Source: Chrysomallon squamiferum
Lineage: Eukaryota > Animalia > Mollusca
DNA: 64,000 nucleotides
Direction of reading: 5' to 3'
Assembly (NCBI GenBank): GCA_012295275.1
Contig: CM022671.1
Location: 12,090,001-12,154,000, forward strand
Shown: piece after piece, positions 1 through 14,300 of the stretch
How the letters are laid out: each line of letters opens with the position of its first letter
How positions within the stretch are numbered: the first letter of the stretch is position 1
Program-made: the position numbers and the translations under genes
Notes under the pieces: model-generated
What the model saw: the letters and a program-made list of their open reading frames with translations, nothing else
Told to the model about the DNA's origin: nothing
Database searches by the model: none

Positions 1-2326
1 ACCATTCAAACACACACACACACACACGATGATGAAAGTAACAGTAGAAGACTTTTAAAGTAATAAAAGTGGGAGGTTTAGCCAAACTAAAACTACATAA
101 ATTAACCTCCAGCCTCCGTTAAACACCAACACAAAGCTGTAACATGAAATACAGCCTCTTTCACTTAAAAAGTTTTGAAATGGATGTTTTAATAATGAAA
201 CTGAAAATGAGTTACTTAGTCAAGTGTACCATTATAATGAATAAATATTAATTTCACAGACTGAACAAAACTACTTGTTTTTTGTGTTTTAAAAAAAAAA
301 AAAAAAGTTATATAAGAATGTTGAAATTCGGACACTATATGGTCCAGTTCATTAGAACTCTGTGCTTGCTGTGGAAATAACAGCACGTACAAAACAGTTC
401 TCGTTCAGGAATGTCCACACTAAATGGTTATGATTTCTAGAAAACAACCAAGTGAGCTTCTTTTATGTAAAAAAATTTATTATTAAAATGATTTTCTAGA
501 ATGTTACAAAAATATACACACATGATTCATGAATTTTTAGAATTGATGTACACATGAAATTAAAAAAGCATAGAACAATAAAAATTACATATTTTGAATT
601 ATTTAAATTAAATACAAAATCAACATTATTTGAAAGATTTGGTAACATTTTCCGTTTGTCTGGAAAGGTGTGTTTCATGTTGCGTTACAAAGCACTGACA
701 TGCTAAACATCAATAATTAAATAAAAAAGTAATTGTACAGATAGATTTTAAACTATAATTTAGTTTTCTCTAACAAGATTTCAGAAATATACTTTTTTAT
801 TATTAATCCACACCAAAAAAGTGTCAGTTTGCAAATGCAGTTTTTATTTTTAAATAACATCTAAAAAGTCAGATTTAGAATGAACCACTCCTCACTGTTT
901 TGTATGATGTGTGAAAAAACAGTAAACTCAAAACCTTTTACCTGAATTTTAAAAATTATACTTCTTACATGACTCGTATACTGTATATGGTTGATACATG
1001 TATATATAATTATTGATAAAATTATTATCAATATGAAATATAAAACACTGCCAATTTTCCTCAAATTGTAACTGCTCTTTTAAAATTAAACATTTAAATA
1101 TTTATTTAAAAACTATATACATTGTAAAATCTAAAATTTGGTTTATTAATAATTGTATCAATCACTGAAAAATATACTGTGGAAATTGAATATTTTAAAT
1201 TCTAATAAACTATTCAGTGTAAACACAACCAAATTAATCTTCAGAACCAAGGATATTCACCAGTAACAAAATTATCTATACTAAATAAAATACTTGCTGA
1301 TAAATGTATAGATATTAATTCAAAATTCAGCTTGCTAAAGACAAAGACCACGTATGGCATTTCATACTGAGATTTGATTCACAACTATAGAGCATATAAA
1401 TATAAAAATAAAAATATTTGTAAAAAAAATTCTGCATCTTATGAACTACCTATTAGAAAAGTATCTACTAATTTTTAACACCTGTGAAAGAAAACAGATA
1501 TTATTATTAAATGTTTGGAAGAACACAGATTATGGCAAATTCTTTGTTTATAAAAAGTCGTGTAAACAGTTGTTACCTTTTTTGAAATCAGGATTTAATA
1601 GTCACCATTAAGTTTGAAAGGATTTTACAGTAGCCAGTTGTAATTATCTGAGAAAAATTAGGTGTATACAAATACTCTCATTATAACAAATATTATATCA
1701 TAAGGAATGTTATGAAAAAATAATTATAGATAAAAGCTATGGTTATCAATATGCTCACAAAATATTTTATGTACATATGATCATGGAATATATGAAATTA
1801 TTTTGATCAAATGACTATTACAAAATATATACATTATAAAACATGTAAGCGGACTTCTTAATTACAAAGGAATAAGAGATAAATACAAATGGTTTAAAAA
1901 GTAACCAGGAATGTTTGTAGGTAACACATAATAACTATACTACTTCCATGTGGATGATCTGTGTGGTTTGTAGTCAGTTTTAAAAAATGGTAGAAAATAA
2001 TTATTACAATGATTTTTAAAAACTTCAGAACAACAAAAATATTTTAAAATTTATATTAAACAGATTTAAAAATAACACATTGGAAAGTTAAAATAAATTT
2101 TCTTTCATTAAAACTAAGATTTAAAATTATGCAAATAACAGGAATATTTATCAAAATTACTCATGGATAATATTCATTTCTAATTCCACTGAAATTAATT
2201 GTATAATCTTAAACCATGGTGTACATAATACTTACAAATAAAATTATTTTAAACGCATTGTCTAATTCTTCTAAGCGTCATCTAGAGTAAAGGTTTTTGT
2301 GAAAATCAACATCTGCTGCAGCAGAC

Positions 2327-5300
2327 CTAGACAAAAGTGTCAGTGGGTGGAACAACCTGTTCCGGGGACATCTCCACAGTGTATCTCTGGTTTCTAGGAT
2401 ACCCCTGTTGGTCAAACTTGTCTGGTTCCCTCTCATCAACATCAGGGTCATAGCCAGATGGTCGGTGATAATCTTCATAATCATCATAATCTTTTGGTGA
2501 TGATGGTTCCTGAGAATAGTGACCAGAATATCTGTCATCACTATGGTGACTGTAAGGCCGCTTTTCCACACTTTCTCTGTCCAGAGACTGCTGACTTCTT
2601 CGTTTGTAGTCATCATCATCATAGTCATAATAACTGTGAAATATTTAAGTATAATAAAGATATTGAAATGTAGAGTGCAAGTACATGGAAAGGCTAGAAA
2701 TTTTTCTATGTTATCAAAATAATGGAAAAACATCAGGAGTATGTGATATTAAGTAATATTTTAAAAGGATTTTATAATTTTTCTTTTTAATATTTTTAAC
2801 ATTTGTTATTATAAAGGTAAAAAGATGAATAATTCAATTGGAAATAATTAATAACATTTTACCTGTCCCTGTCTCTGTCATCATAATATTCATTAGAGTA
2901 ACCTTTAGGTTCTGATCCAAAGTCAGATGACTTGCTGGGTATTCTGTCTGTATCTATGAAATACAAAGAGATGTGAAGGAGTTAACAACATACAGCATCA
3001 GCTGATAAAGTTACATCTCACTGATAAGCACTGAATAATGTTGTCACTCATATACAGAAATCAGGGATCATCGAATATCAAACTAATTTGGTTCACACCT
3101 TTTTTTACTAAAACAATCATTGCCCTCACAATATAAAACCCAAATGACATGATATAACATCTTTTTGAACTTTGTTTTAAATAATAACTTGCTGTCTCAC
3201 ACTCTCTCATTGTTTTGCTCTGTGTTGTCTGAGGACAAATATAAAACAGATTCAAAAGATTTAATTAAAACTACAGGAACTGTTTTTCTTGAATACAATT
3301 TGTTTTCCAAAAAAACCCAAAAAAAAAACCTAATAATAATAATAATAATAAAAAATTAAAACAAAATAAAAATAAAGAAAACAAAAATTACTTTTTGAAA
3401 TATTAATTTCATTATTATTATTATTATTATTATTATATATTATACTGATTTTATTTTACAACTGTAACTTGTAAATAAGTTTTTTAAATTTATTTTTAAC
3501 TTATTAACATTTCAAACTTGGCCATCAGAATTTCAATTTCTACTTACATTATTATGTTATTCCAACACCATCTACATTTAGTTCTAGATTAGTATTTAAA
3601 AAGCATCTATTCAAGAACTATCTACAATTAATTATTTATTATTTTATTATTATCAAGAAAATAGTAAATAATTAATATCATATGTAACTAAACATAGAGG
3701 AATTAAAGATTATAAATAAAAGACAAAATCATAAATGGAGGTAAAAAAAAATAAAAAAAATAAGGAGACCTTTAAAAAATGTAAAACAACAAATCTGTTA
3801 GAACAAACTTATAAAATAAATTAAAGGTAGAACTAGCTTTGTGAAGGATTACTGAGAACTGGAATAACATCACAAACCTGGAAAGGATATTCAGTAAATG
3901 GAAGGCACCACCATCATTCAACAGCAAAGAAGTAAGTAAAACAGGAAGGAACATTAATTCGTATGGCAGATGACACAATTAAAAGGGAACATAATCATAA
4001 ATGATACACAGAAAAACAATGAAAGATATCTGATAGAAAAACAGGAATGGATTAAAAGATTACAACAGGTTACAGAACAGGTTAAAACATGAATGTTCTA
4101 TACATCTGTCTTGGCCCGAATTGTTTGTCCAGGACAGTTTTAATATTAATATGTTGGTGATTAAAGAAGCCACAGTGATATTACACTTCAGTTTGTCCAA
4201 TAAAATCTTCACTGTATATATGAACTATTTTGAGTCAAACTGTACTGGACTATCTTGGTGAAGGGGGACAAATCCAGTAATTATCACAGTTCAAGCTCAC
4301 ACTTACTTGCTGGTGCAATGGAATGGGTTAAAGATACTGGCAAGTAAAAAAGTGCAGAGTCTTGAACGGATAAGAACTGTCAATGAAATAGTACTACAAA
4401 CAAGTTAAAACTGTATAAAACACAAGAATGGAAAGAATTAACAACTGAAAGTGAAGAGGAAAGAAAATTTGTTACAAACTTGCCTGAACAGCAGCAATGA
4501 GAAAAATAAAAACAAACATTAAAACAAGTAAATCTGTGTAACAAAGACATTATAACCACAGGTGTAAGATATGAACAGCTGAATATCTCCTCAGACGTGG
4601 ATGTTTCACTGTTACGCTAATCTAACTCACATGTACAATGTCATCAAGAAAACAATATACTGCTTACTTTTATTTGCTTTGTTATTGTTGAAGTTATTAT
4701 TATTAATGAAGTGCAACCAATAAATAAATAAATAAATAAACAAATAAAGTTAATATTTTGTGTTAATATAAAAATAAAAACATCACATTCATCTAATGTA
4801 ATATAATACCTTCAATGAAATATTTAAACTTTATTGTAAACAAAATGAGATAGAATTTTTTTTTTAAATCTCAGCTGTTACATTATAGTATTAGATTGTT
4901 GTGTAATTCAATGCCTAAAAAACTCAAATACTAGTAACAACATTTACAAACTGTCAAACCTAAAAATCAAAATCAAAATCAAACATTTAAAGACAAAATT
5001 TATAACATTATTTATTTTAGACACTGCAACTAGAACTAAGGTAAAGAAGTTACCTGTGCAATATACAGATAAACATTACTAACTGTACTAACAATTCAGA
5101 GAAAGGATGCAGAGAAAAGCAAGTGTTTGTAAACAAAGCAACTAAATTCTAAATTTTGCTGTCTGAAATTTATATAAATTTTTGAAAATATTTGAAATAT
5201 TTATTTGTCAAAGAATTCAGATTGTAACCAAATTTGTTACTTCAAATCACATCCACTCTTTTTATTTTTAAGTGATGGAATTCAGATTGTGTAACTTTAA

Positions 5301-8300
5301 TTGTAACTACAATGAAATCTGCTCTTTTGAGTGAAAATGAGATGAGTGTTTTCAGGTTGTAGTACCTTGGATATACAGACCAGAAATATTAAGTTTAAGT
5401 CATGAAAATGTGTTTGCGGGTCATTTAGGGTGAACGAAAATGTATGAGTGGCTTGCATCAGATTTTTATTTGTCAGAAATGTATCATGACACCAAGGAAT
5501 TTGTCAAAAGTTGTGAGGTGTGTCAGAAAACTGGGAAACCAAATCAAGTTATTCCCCCGGCACCCTTAACATTGGTACCAGTCAGTGGACCTGCTTTTTC
5601 AAAAGTACTAATAGATATTGCCCAGAACTAACCAGGGTAATGAATATCTGCTGACAATAATGTGTGTGAATACTAGGTTCTCAGAGGCAATCCCATTATG
5701 TAAGCTGACAGCTAGTGTGGTAGCAAAAGCGCAGATAAAATATTTCACCATGACTTGTTTACCAGATGAAATTCAGTCTGATCAAGGCTTAAAAAGCATG
5801 TTGAGGTGTTATTGCAATGCACATGGTCAAGATTGGGATCAGGGGATACCCTATGCACTATTTGCTGCTAGAGATTCAAAACAAGAATCACTGGGTTTTT
5901 CACCATTTGATTTGATACATGGGCACACTCCCAGAGGTCCCCTAAAATAAATAACTGGTTACAAGAAAATAGCTCAGACAATCTTCTGAACTATATAGCT
6001 AAAATAAAAGACAGGTTATGGCAGGTGACTTGGTTAGCCCAAATACTATTATATAGTTAATACACCAGATCGAGGTAGGTCAACAAAGTTTTGCAATAGT
6101 AATTTGTTGACGCATATCATGATCGGGCTCCAACCAATCAACGATGATTGTGGAAGTTAACCAGATGGAAACGTTGCTTCATCAGCCAGGTGAAAAGTCC
6201 GACATTCGGCTGGCTAACAGTGAAATTCTTTCCAACTTGGACCAGAAATTACATGACCTCTCAAGTAAGAAACAAAATGTCTTGAAAAAAGTGATTATGG
6301 AGCTCCCTGGACTGCTTCCTGATGCACCCAGTATGACCGATATCATTACCCAGGATGTGGAAATATAAGATGTACCTCCAATAAAGCAACATCCCTACAC
6401 AATGAATCCACATAAAACAGCCATAATGAAGTCAGAGATGAGTACATGCTTGAGCATAGCATCACTGAACCATCATAAAGTGAGTGGTCAAGTCCATGCA
6501 TCTTGGTTCCAAAGCCAGATGGAAGGCGATTTGCACAAAATTAATCAGCTGATTAAAGCAGATTCCTACCCTTTGCCAAGACCAGACGACTGCATCGACA
6601 GCATTGGAAATGGCAAATACATCATCAAATTGGATTTGTTAAAAGGATATTTCCAGATTCCTTTGACTGACCAAGCTAAACAGATTTTAGCTATTGTAAC
6701 GCCTGATGATAAGCCATTTGATTGAAGACAGCCACTGCAGCATTCCAAAGATTAATGAACCGTGTGCTTGCGGATTTGCCTAATGTCCAAGTATACCTGA
6801 ATGATGTTGTCCTGGCAAATGACACTTGGCAGGACCACATAAATGACTTAAGAGGACTGACTCTTTGCTAGACTTCGAGAGGCTAAGCTGACTATTAACC
6901 TCACCAAATGTCAATTTAGCCAAGCTCAGGACATATAGTTAGCCCTGGAAAAGTGGCACCAATAACAGCTAAGGTAGCTTGTATAATTCAGTATCCATCT
7001 CCTGCTACTTGAAAAGAAGTGAGACGTTTCCTCGGTATGACAGGCTATTATCGTCATTTCTGCCCAAATTTTGTGGTTGCTGCTGCACCCATAACAGCTC
7101 TGTTACAGAAGGGTAACAAATTCAACTGGACAGAAGAGTGTTCTCAAGCCTTCCAGGAATTAAAGAACATTCTATGTTCAACACCAGTAATGGCAGCACC
7201 CAATCACCAGCAGCCACTGTAGATGCTAGTGATGTTGGTTCCGGGGCAGTGCTATTTCAAGAAGATCACAGTGGGATAGACCATCCAATCAGTTTCTTTT
7301 CAAGAAAATTTAATAAGCATCAACTTAATTATTCAACTGTTGAAAAGGAAGCTCTTGGATTGATTCATGCCTTGAAACATTTTCAAGTATATGTGAAATC
7401 TGCACTTCACCCAGGAACTGTGTATACAGACCACAATCCACTCACCTTCATACATCGCATGAAGGAAACTAATCAGCAATATTTACTCTGGAGTTTGATG
7501 CTAGAGGAATACCCAATTACCATAAAACATATTGCTGGGACTAACAACACCATTGCGGATGCTCTTTCCAGAATATAATGTTGTTTTTTCTGGCTTGTGT
7601 CTCTTGTTCAGGGCTCTGGACCTGATGATGTCTATTGATCAATCCAGGGCGAACCAGGGAAATAATATCTTACTGAAGCTGTAACATTGATAATGTTACT
7701 CTTTTTATTTTAAGTATTGTTTGACAAAAACTTTCATATGTAGTTCATGCCACTGTTTGACAAAAACTTATATATATATATATGATATGCCATTGTTCTT
7801 TATTATTATTATTATTATTATTGTATATCATGTGATACCAGACAATTTCCATATCTTAGGTATGCTAAATTTTCTAAATTTGTGGAGGGGGATGACACAG
7901 AATTCAGATTGTAACCAAATTTGTTACTTTAAATCACATCCACTCTTATTTTTAAGAGATGGAATTGAAATTGTGTAACTTTAATTGTAACCACAGTCAC
8001 ATCCGCTGTTTTACTGTTTCCGTTAATTTTCATGACTCCATGCCATTGTTATAAAAAGGCTGGCAATGATAATTAAGCAGTGAGAGCAAAGGAAAAGGTC
8101 AAGACGAGAATTCAGTCAGGTGGGGAACCCAATGCTCTTGAATGACATTGTCTTTACAGATGAGTATGGTAAGAAATTGTCTATTCTTATTTTGATAGGG
8201 TGTAATGTGCAATTAAACTGTGTCAATAACATTTATTATACCTAAAATTTTAATTGTTTAATCTGTCCTCTATAGAGATTCTTATTTTGTCTTGGTTCCC

Positions 8301-11300
8301 CATATGACCTTTCTTGTATCATTAATCAAAATTACTTAAACATATGTTTTATGATTGTATAATGTATTATTATCAAGTCACCATGTTTATCATAATTAAA
8401 TAATTATTATGAACCTTAACTGGTGTTGTGTTTATTTCTCTAGTTGATAAATAGATTTATTGATTTATATAGATTGCTGTCAATTTAGCATTTATATTCT
8501 TGTCAGGTGGCAATTTAAGCACCGTGTTACCCTAGACTGAGCCTTAATAAAAGAGCCAAGGTACACACATTATTGTATTAATGTAACTGATTATATTTTA
8601 ACACTCTATTGACCATTTCTCTTTTTCTGAATACTGCCTGAACAAAAGCACATTTTAAAAATCTTTTAAGTGATTTATTAAGTAACAGTCAGATGCTCTG
8701 AGAATCTTGGGTTGTTGATTTTTACAAACTTGTTTGAGGCAGACAGCACAATTTAGAACGCATGGAAAACTCTCAGGTCAGCATTTTTAACATTTACCAT
8801 GAATTTTATATAAAGATATGTGACAAATTACATTTAACTAATAAAAAAAATGTAAGTGCCACTTAGAAAAAGTGATGATATTTAACAAAGATGAAAATAT
8901 ACAATGAAACCCCCAAGGATGAAAATTTAGTTTTCCAGAAAAGACCTATCACCTGAGAGTTACCACAGTTGTTAACTACAAAGCATTACAACAGAGTCAA
9001 ATGTTAACTTACTTATACCTGTATATTCTGTGTCCCTGTAAGCTGAGCCACGCGAATCCCTCGATCCTGCAGCAAATTGGAATCCTCTCTTGAAGCAGAA
9101 GTACACCAGTATACATATTAGTATTATCACAATGATGGCCAGTAACATGCCAATGAACCACCAGATGTTCCCAATCAGAGCTGAGGCTGCAGCTATGAGA
9201 AAAAAATAAAAATAAAAATAAAAATAAAATAATAAACCAAAGAAAAGAAATCTTTTGCATTACAATACAGCTAAACAAACAGGCACATTTAAGATACCAT
9301 TTCAGCCCATAATTAATTAATTTGATTCTTACCAATTCCTGCTGTATAAACTTCTTCTATGTGTGATGCTGTTCTGAACTGTCCATTTGTTGCTACAACT
9401 CGGACCTCATATGTGGTTCCTGATTCAAGATCTGTGATGTCCTTCCAGTTGTTGACAACTTCATCAGTGGTTCTCAGCCACTGTGGAGCACCTGTCAGCA
9501 ACAGACATAACTCACTTGTAATTTTAACATTCCTGCACTTTCTGGTAACCATATTTGATAAAATCCATAAATGCTTAATGATTGTTATCAAAACACATGT
9601 ATGCAAGTACTCTTGGAGCTCAGAACTTTCTTATATACAGGCAAAATAGTCAATGAGGAACATTAATAATATATTTAAAGAAATAAACTTCTCAACTATA
9701 AGGTGTTATACCTGACTCTTAACTGTCAAACAAATAAGTACAATTAGGAGATTATTTCAAAGGGAAAACACTCACACTGACGTAATTTACTTTCTATTCA
9801 TTTATGGATGTATTAATTTCATAATTTACATTATCTTTTAAAATAAATAAATCACAAGGGTAACAAATAATTTTTTTTTTTAAAAACCCTCTAATTATGA
9901 CATTACCTTCTTTACGATACTCAACAAAAATGACAGTCCCTGAAGTAGCATATCTATTAAGAAACCAAGTGATATTAATGTGTGTTTCTCCAACCTCTTG
10001 TATTGTAAATCTTGGTGTATACGGTCCTGAAAAAAAGACAACAAAAACATGTCATCTGTTTAAATACAGAAAATATAGGCATAAATAATGAAAACAGACT
10101 TATCTGCCCTGTGACCACAGTAATAAAATAGAAAATACCTAATGAATTAATGTACATTTTTTAAATGAAACTTTTAATTTTTATCAAGCATGCCAATTAT
10201 GAGGAAACCTACTTTTACAATGGTAACTCTCAATAAGTGATTTTTAATATGTACCTGCCTATAGACAGGAAAAAAAAAAAAGGCATGAAACAACTGAGGA
10301 TGTTTGATCACCAACCAGAAACCTTCAGACAGATAATAAGTAAATAAAACAATTAGCACTGATCTGTTATTCAGTCTATGATGTTTCTTTGAACTGTAGT
10401 TCTTTCAAATACACTTCTCACACTTGCTATATTCATGTTATGTCCTCATGTAGACTTAATGAATACATAATACTACTAAAGCTGACATACATTTAGGAAA
10501 TACTTAATTCACAGAGAAAATAATTCACAGAGAAAAGTTATGCTTACGTCCTTCCACTGTTGTTGTGAGTTCAATGAAGTACTCTTCACCCCGCCCCCTG
10601 GCAGTGCGGGCCCAGATGTACACTCGGTATCTGGTGTTTGGCAGCAAGCCGCCCAACATTTCTGACGTTTTGTCTGGGTTGTTGATCTGTGGTTCTCGGA
10701 CTTGCATTTCTCCAAGGTCAAGGCCATAAACTGTAGAAATACTTTGTTACCCAGATTCAAGTATTCACAAAACACAGCTACATGGCTGTAAACTGTAAAT
10801 TCTTCTATGACATCACAATTTAAATAACTATCTAATTTTAGTTACAGGTGAATCCATCAAAGCAGCAGATTTTAGAATGTAGAATGAATAAATATTTTTA
10901 AAATCAGTTTTTACTGGACAACTGGATTTCAATGTAAACATTTTTTTTTTAAATTTCAAATCTAATTCAGTGACATGCAGTTTTTTTTTCTACCAGAACC
11001 AACAAGAACTATAATTAAAAACAAGATTGTTATAAAATGGTATTCGTAACTTAAAGACAAAATGTTATTAAATGAATTAGCGATAATAACAATTATTTAA
11101 AAATGAAATGTTAAGTGTGATATTTATAATAACAATAATTAAAACTGAAATATTATACAAACAAGAGTAATAATCGAAACTAAAAATATAAATATTAAAA
11201 GAATATAAATAATTAAAAATGAATAAAATACAACAAATTAAAAACAAAAATAGTACATACCAGTCTGATAGCCAATGTCATATCCAACTAAATATCCATT

Positions 11301-14300
11301 TTTATCCAGTGGCTTGCCCCACTCCAGATTGAAATGATTGTCTCCTATAGTGAAAGCCCTTAAAAACTCCACAGGTCCAGGTACTGAAAATATGTCACAA
11401 AATTATAATTTTTTAATCATTCTGATTATATAAAACTGGCCTTTTCTTAAATTTACTTTCTTTAAATAAATCAGCATCTATTATCACAGATACAAAATAA
11501 GAATTGAGTTCTATCCTCAAACTATAATCATGTTACAAAAGAATACTTATAAAATTAGAGATATCTTTGATTCCAGACATTACAGATAGAAACTTTTCAG
11601 TTTTTAATGTTAGTTTTTTACTTTGCTGTCTATCATTTACCTCCTTCCACAGTGTGGAACTTAACAATCTCAGAGGGCCGGCTCACGTAGAAGTTGTTAA
11701 ACACTGACACTCGCGCCTCCATGTAGGTAAATGGAAGCATGTCTCGAACATGGGCTTTAATGAGGTTGCCAACAGCAGAGGCCTTAGCTAATGCAGCAGG
11801 TATGTCAAATTCACGAAACGTTGTTTTCTGATAACCTTCTCTCCACAGCTGAACCTATATTTAAATTAAATATCATATAATGTAATGTAATAACATTAAT
11901 AACATACAATATAAAAATATATTTAAAATTTTGAAATAATAGAAACATTTACACTGAGTGGCTGACATTTTCTGTGGTTACTTTAATTAAAAGAAAAATG
12001 AAAAGAGCAAAATTTGTAAATAGAACTGAAAATGTTCACTATATCCACAAAAATGGTATTAATTGCTGGAAACAAAAAGAACTAAATGGGACACGTTGTA
12101 ACAGATATATTTACCTTAAATCCTTTGAATTCACCTCTAAGTTGGCTGTTTGGCTTATCTATTTCATCCATGGGAAACATCCATGTCAAAATGACCTCTG
12201 TGGCATTGGTCTGTACAACTTTGAGATCTGTGGGTGCTATTGATGGAACTGAAAAACAATATTAACATTGTTTTATATATACATGTACAGTCATAAATAT
12301 AGAAATCTCAATTTCAAACATAATTAAAACCCAATGTGAATAATAACTATACTTTATTAAAAAAAAGCCTAAAATTGTATGGACAGTTAAAATATAAAGA
12401 ACTGTTAGGGGTGGCCTATTTCATTTAAAAAATAAATAACACAATAGTTAATTACTGTAAAATTGTCTGGAAATTCAAATGGATTATACTTCAAAAATAA
12501 TTTACTGAAAATGTAGCTTATATTTTATTTTTATGTACTGATATCAATACACATGAAAACACATAAGCAATACAGTTTTCGTGTGACAACTTACTGTCCT
12601 CTCCGGAATATCCTATGATCGTTCTAGCAGTCGCAGATGCTTCCCCAATACTGTTTTTAGCTTTCAGCGTGATCTCATATGCTTGGTAGACGTCATTGGT
12701 CTGGTAATCATAACGATGTTTCTCCCAGTTCGAAAAAGTCTCAACATGTGCCGCCTCATCGTTATCTCCGACTCGCTTGAATTCCAACACATACTCAAAC
12801 AAAGGCCCGTTGTGGTCTATCTGAGGCATCGGCTGAAAAGAAAAATCTATTTTATAAAGTAACAAAAGGGAAAGGGGTTTTGAAAAATAGAAAATTAAAA
12901 ATGAAAGACTTTGTTACAGTTTAAATATAATAATTTACAAACTAATGTGATGTCTATCTTGTCCATGATATGAACCATTTTTTGAACTTCAAAAATTCTG
13001 AAGAATTTTCCCTCTTTTACAATCAAAGGAACAATCAAAATGAAAAAAAAAGAAACACCCACTACAGAATTACTTATTATATAAAAATAAACAAAAAAAG
13101 ACATATAGAAAAATGAAAAGATATAATACTTACAGTCCATTCAATAGTCAGATTATTTTTTGCTTCTCCTATTGTTCTCACATTGGAAGGATGCTTTTTG
13201 GGTACATCTGGATTTGTTTCGCATACATCTTTTGTGTGAAAGCTTGGATCACTTTCACCTAATTTATTGTAAGCAATCACTCGGAAAGTATAAGTAACAC
13301 CAGGTGACAATGTTATATTGGCAGTGGTTTTCTGTGCTTCAACTTTGGTGGAATATATCCACTTGTCCTGCATAAATGATGTGTTATACTGAACAATGAA
13401 GTACTGCACAGGAGCATTGTTGTAACTTCCTGGTGTCCACCGAACTGTTGCGAAGCCAGAATCACATTTGATAATTCGTACCTTGGTTGGAGCATCTGGA
13501 CGAGCTGATAGAAAGACAAAAATGTCAAGTAACAGTAAATTAAAAATGTATGTATAGATACAGGCATGCATGCTCTCTTTTTCTCTCAAACATTCACACA
13601 ATGCATACATACTCACACGCCAACCACATGCATTGAAACTGGCAGCAGTTGACAATAAAATATGAAAACAATACCTTTGACAGTTAACATAGCTGACCAT
13701 GATGAATTGTCTAATCCATTGGTTGCTACACAGGTGTATGTTCCTGAATCACGCACAATGGTACCACTGATTGTCAAAGAGTTATCCTGCTTGTTGGTTG
13801 TCATTCTTTGGTCATTAGCTGTGATATCTTTGTTGTCCTTCTGCCAGATAATTTTCAGATTGTTTACTTCTTCAGGATCTGTTGTTCCTGAACATGTGAA
13901 CTTGGCATCCAGTCCAGCATACACTTCCAGATCCAGAGGTTTCTGTTCTATCTGTGTTTTACGTCGCACCAACAGGATCCCATTAGCTTTTTCTTTTCCA
14001 TATCGGTTCTCCGCAATACAGACAAAATGCCCCGCATCTGCTAACACCACTTTCTGAAAGAGAGGAACTTTCATTTAGTACAAATATACTAAAACAGAAC
14101 TGAAAAATATCAAAACAGTCAATGATTAAAAAAAACTAATTTACCGTGTTTATGTGAGGATGAGTTAAAAAATGGTTTACCTAAACTGAAAAAAAATATC
14201 TGAATGTATTTTCATTCAAATTAAGTTCAAACAGCTTGTTTTCTGGACTGGTAATGTACAGCATCAATACAAGGCTTTATAAAGTAATGAAAAGAACAAT

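Noticed and set aside
2278-2733. 151-aa ORF overlapping the last L1 exon
   Set aside because: It is an alternative frame of a low-complexity exon. The splice phase from exon 2863-2953 selects the frame ending DTFV.
8872-8956. C/D-box snoRNA-like GTGATGA...CTGA
   Set aside because: It is antisense to the host gene, has no terminal stem and shows no recognisable guide sequence.
13662-14057. 131-aa plus-strand ORF (and similar antisense ORFs at 9359, 16028 and 61878)
   Set aside because: These are antisense shadows of real minus-strand exons.
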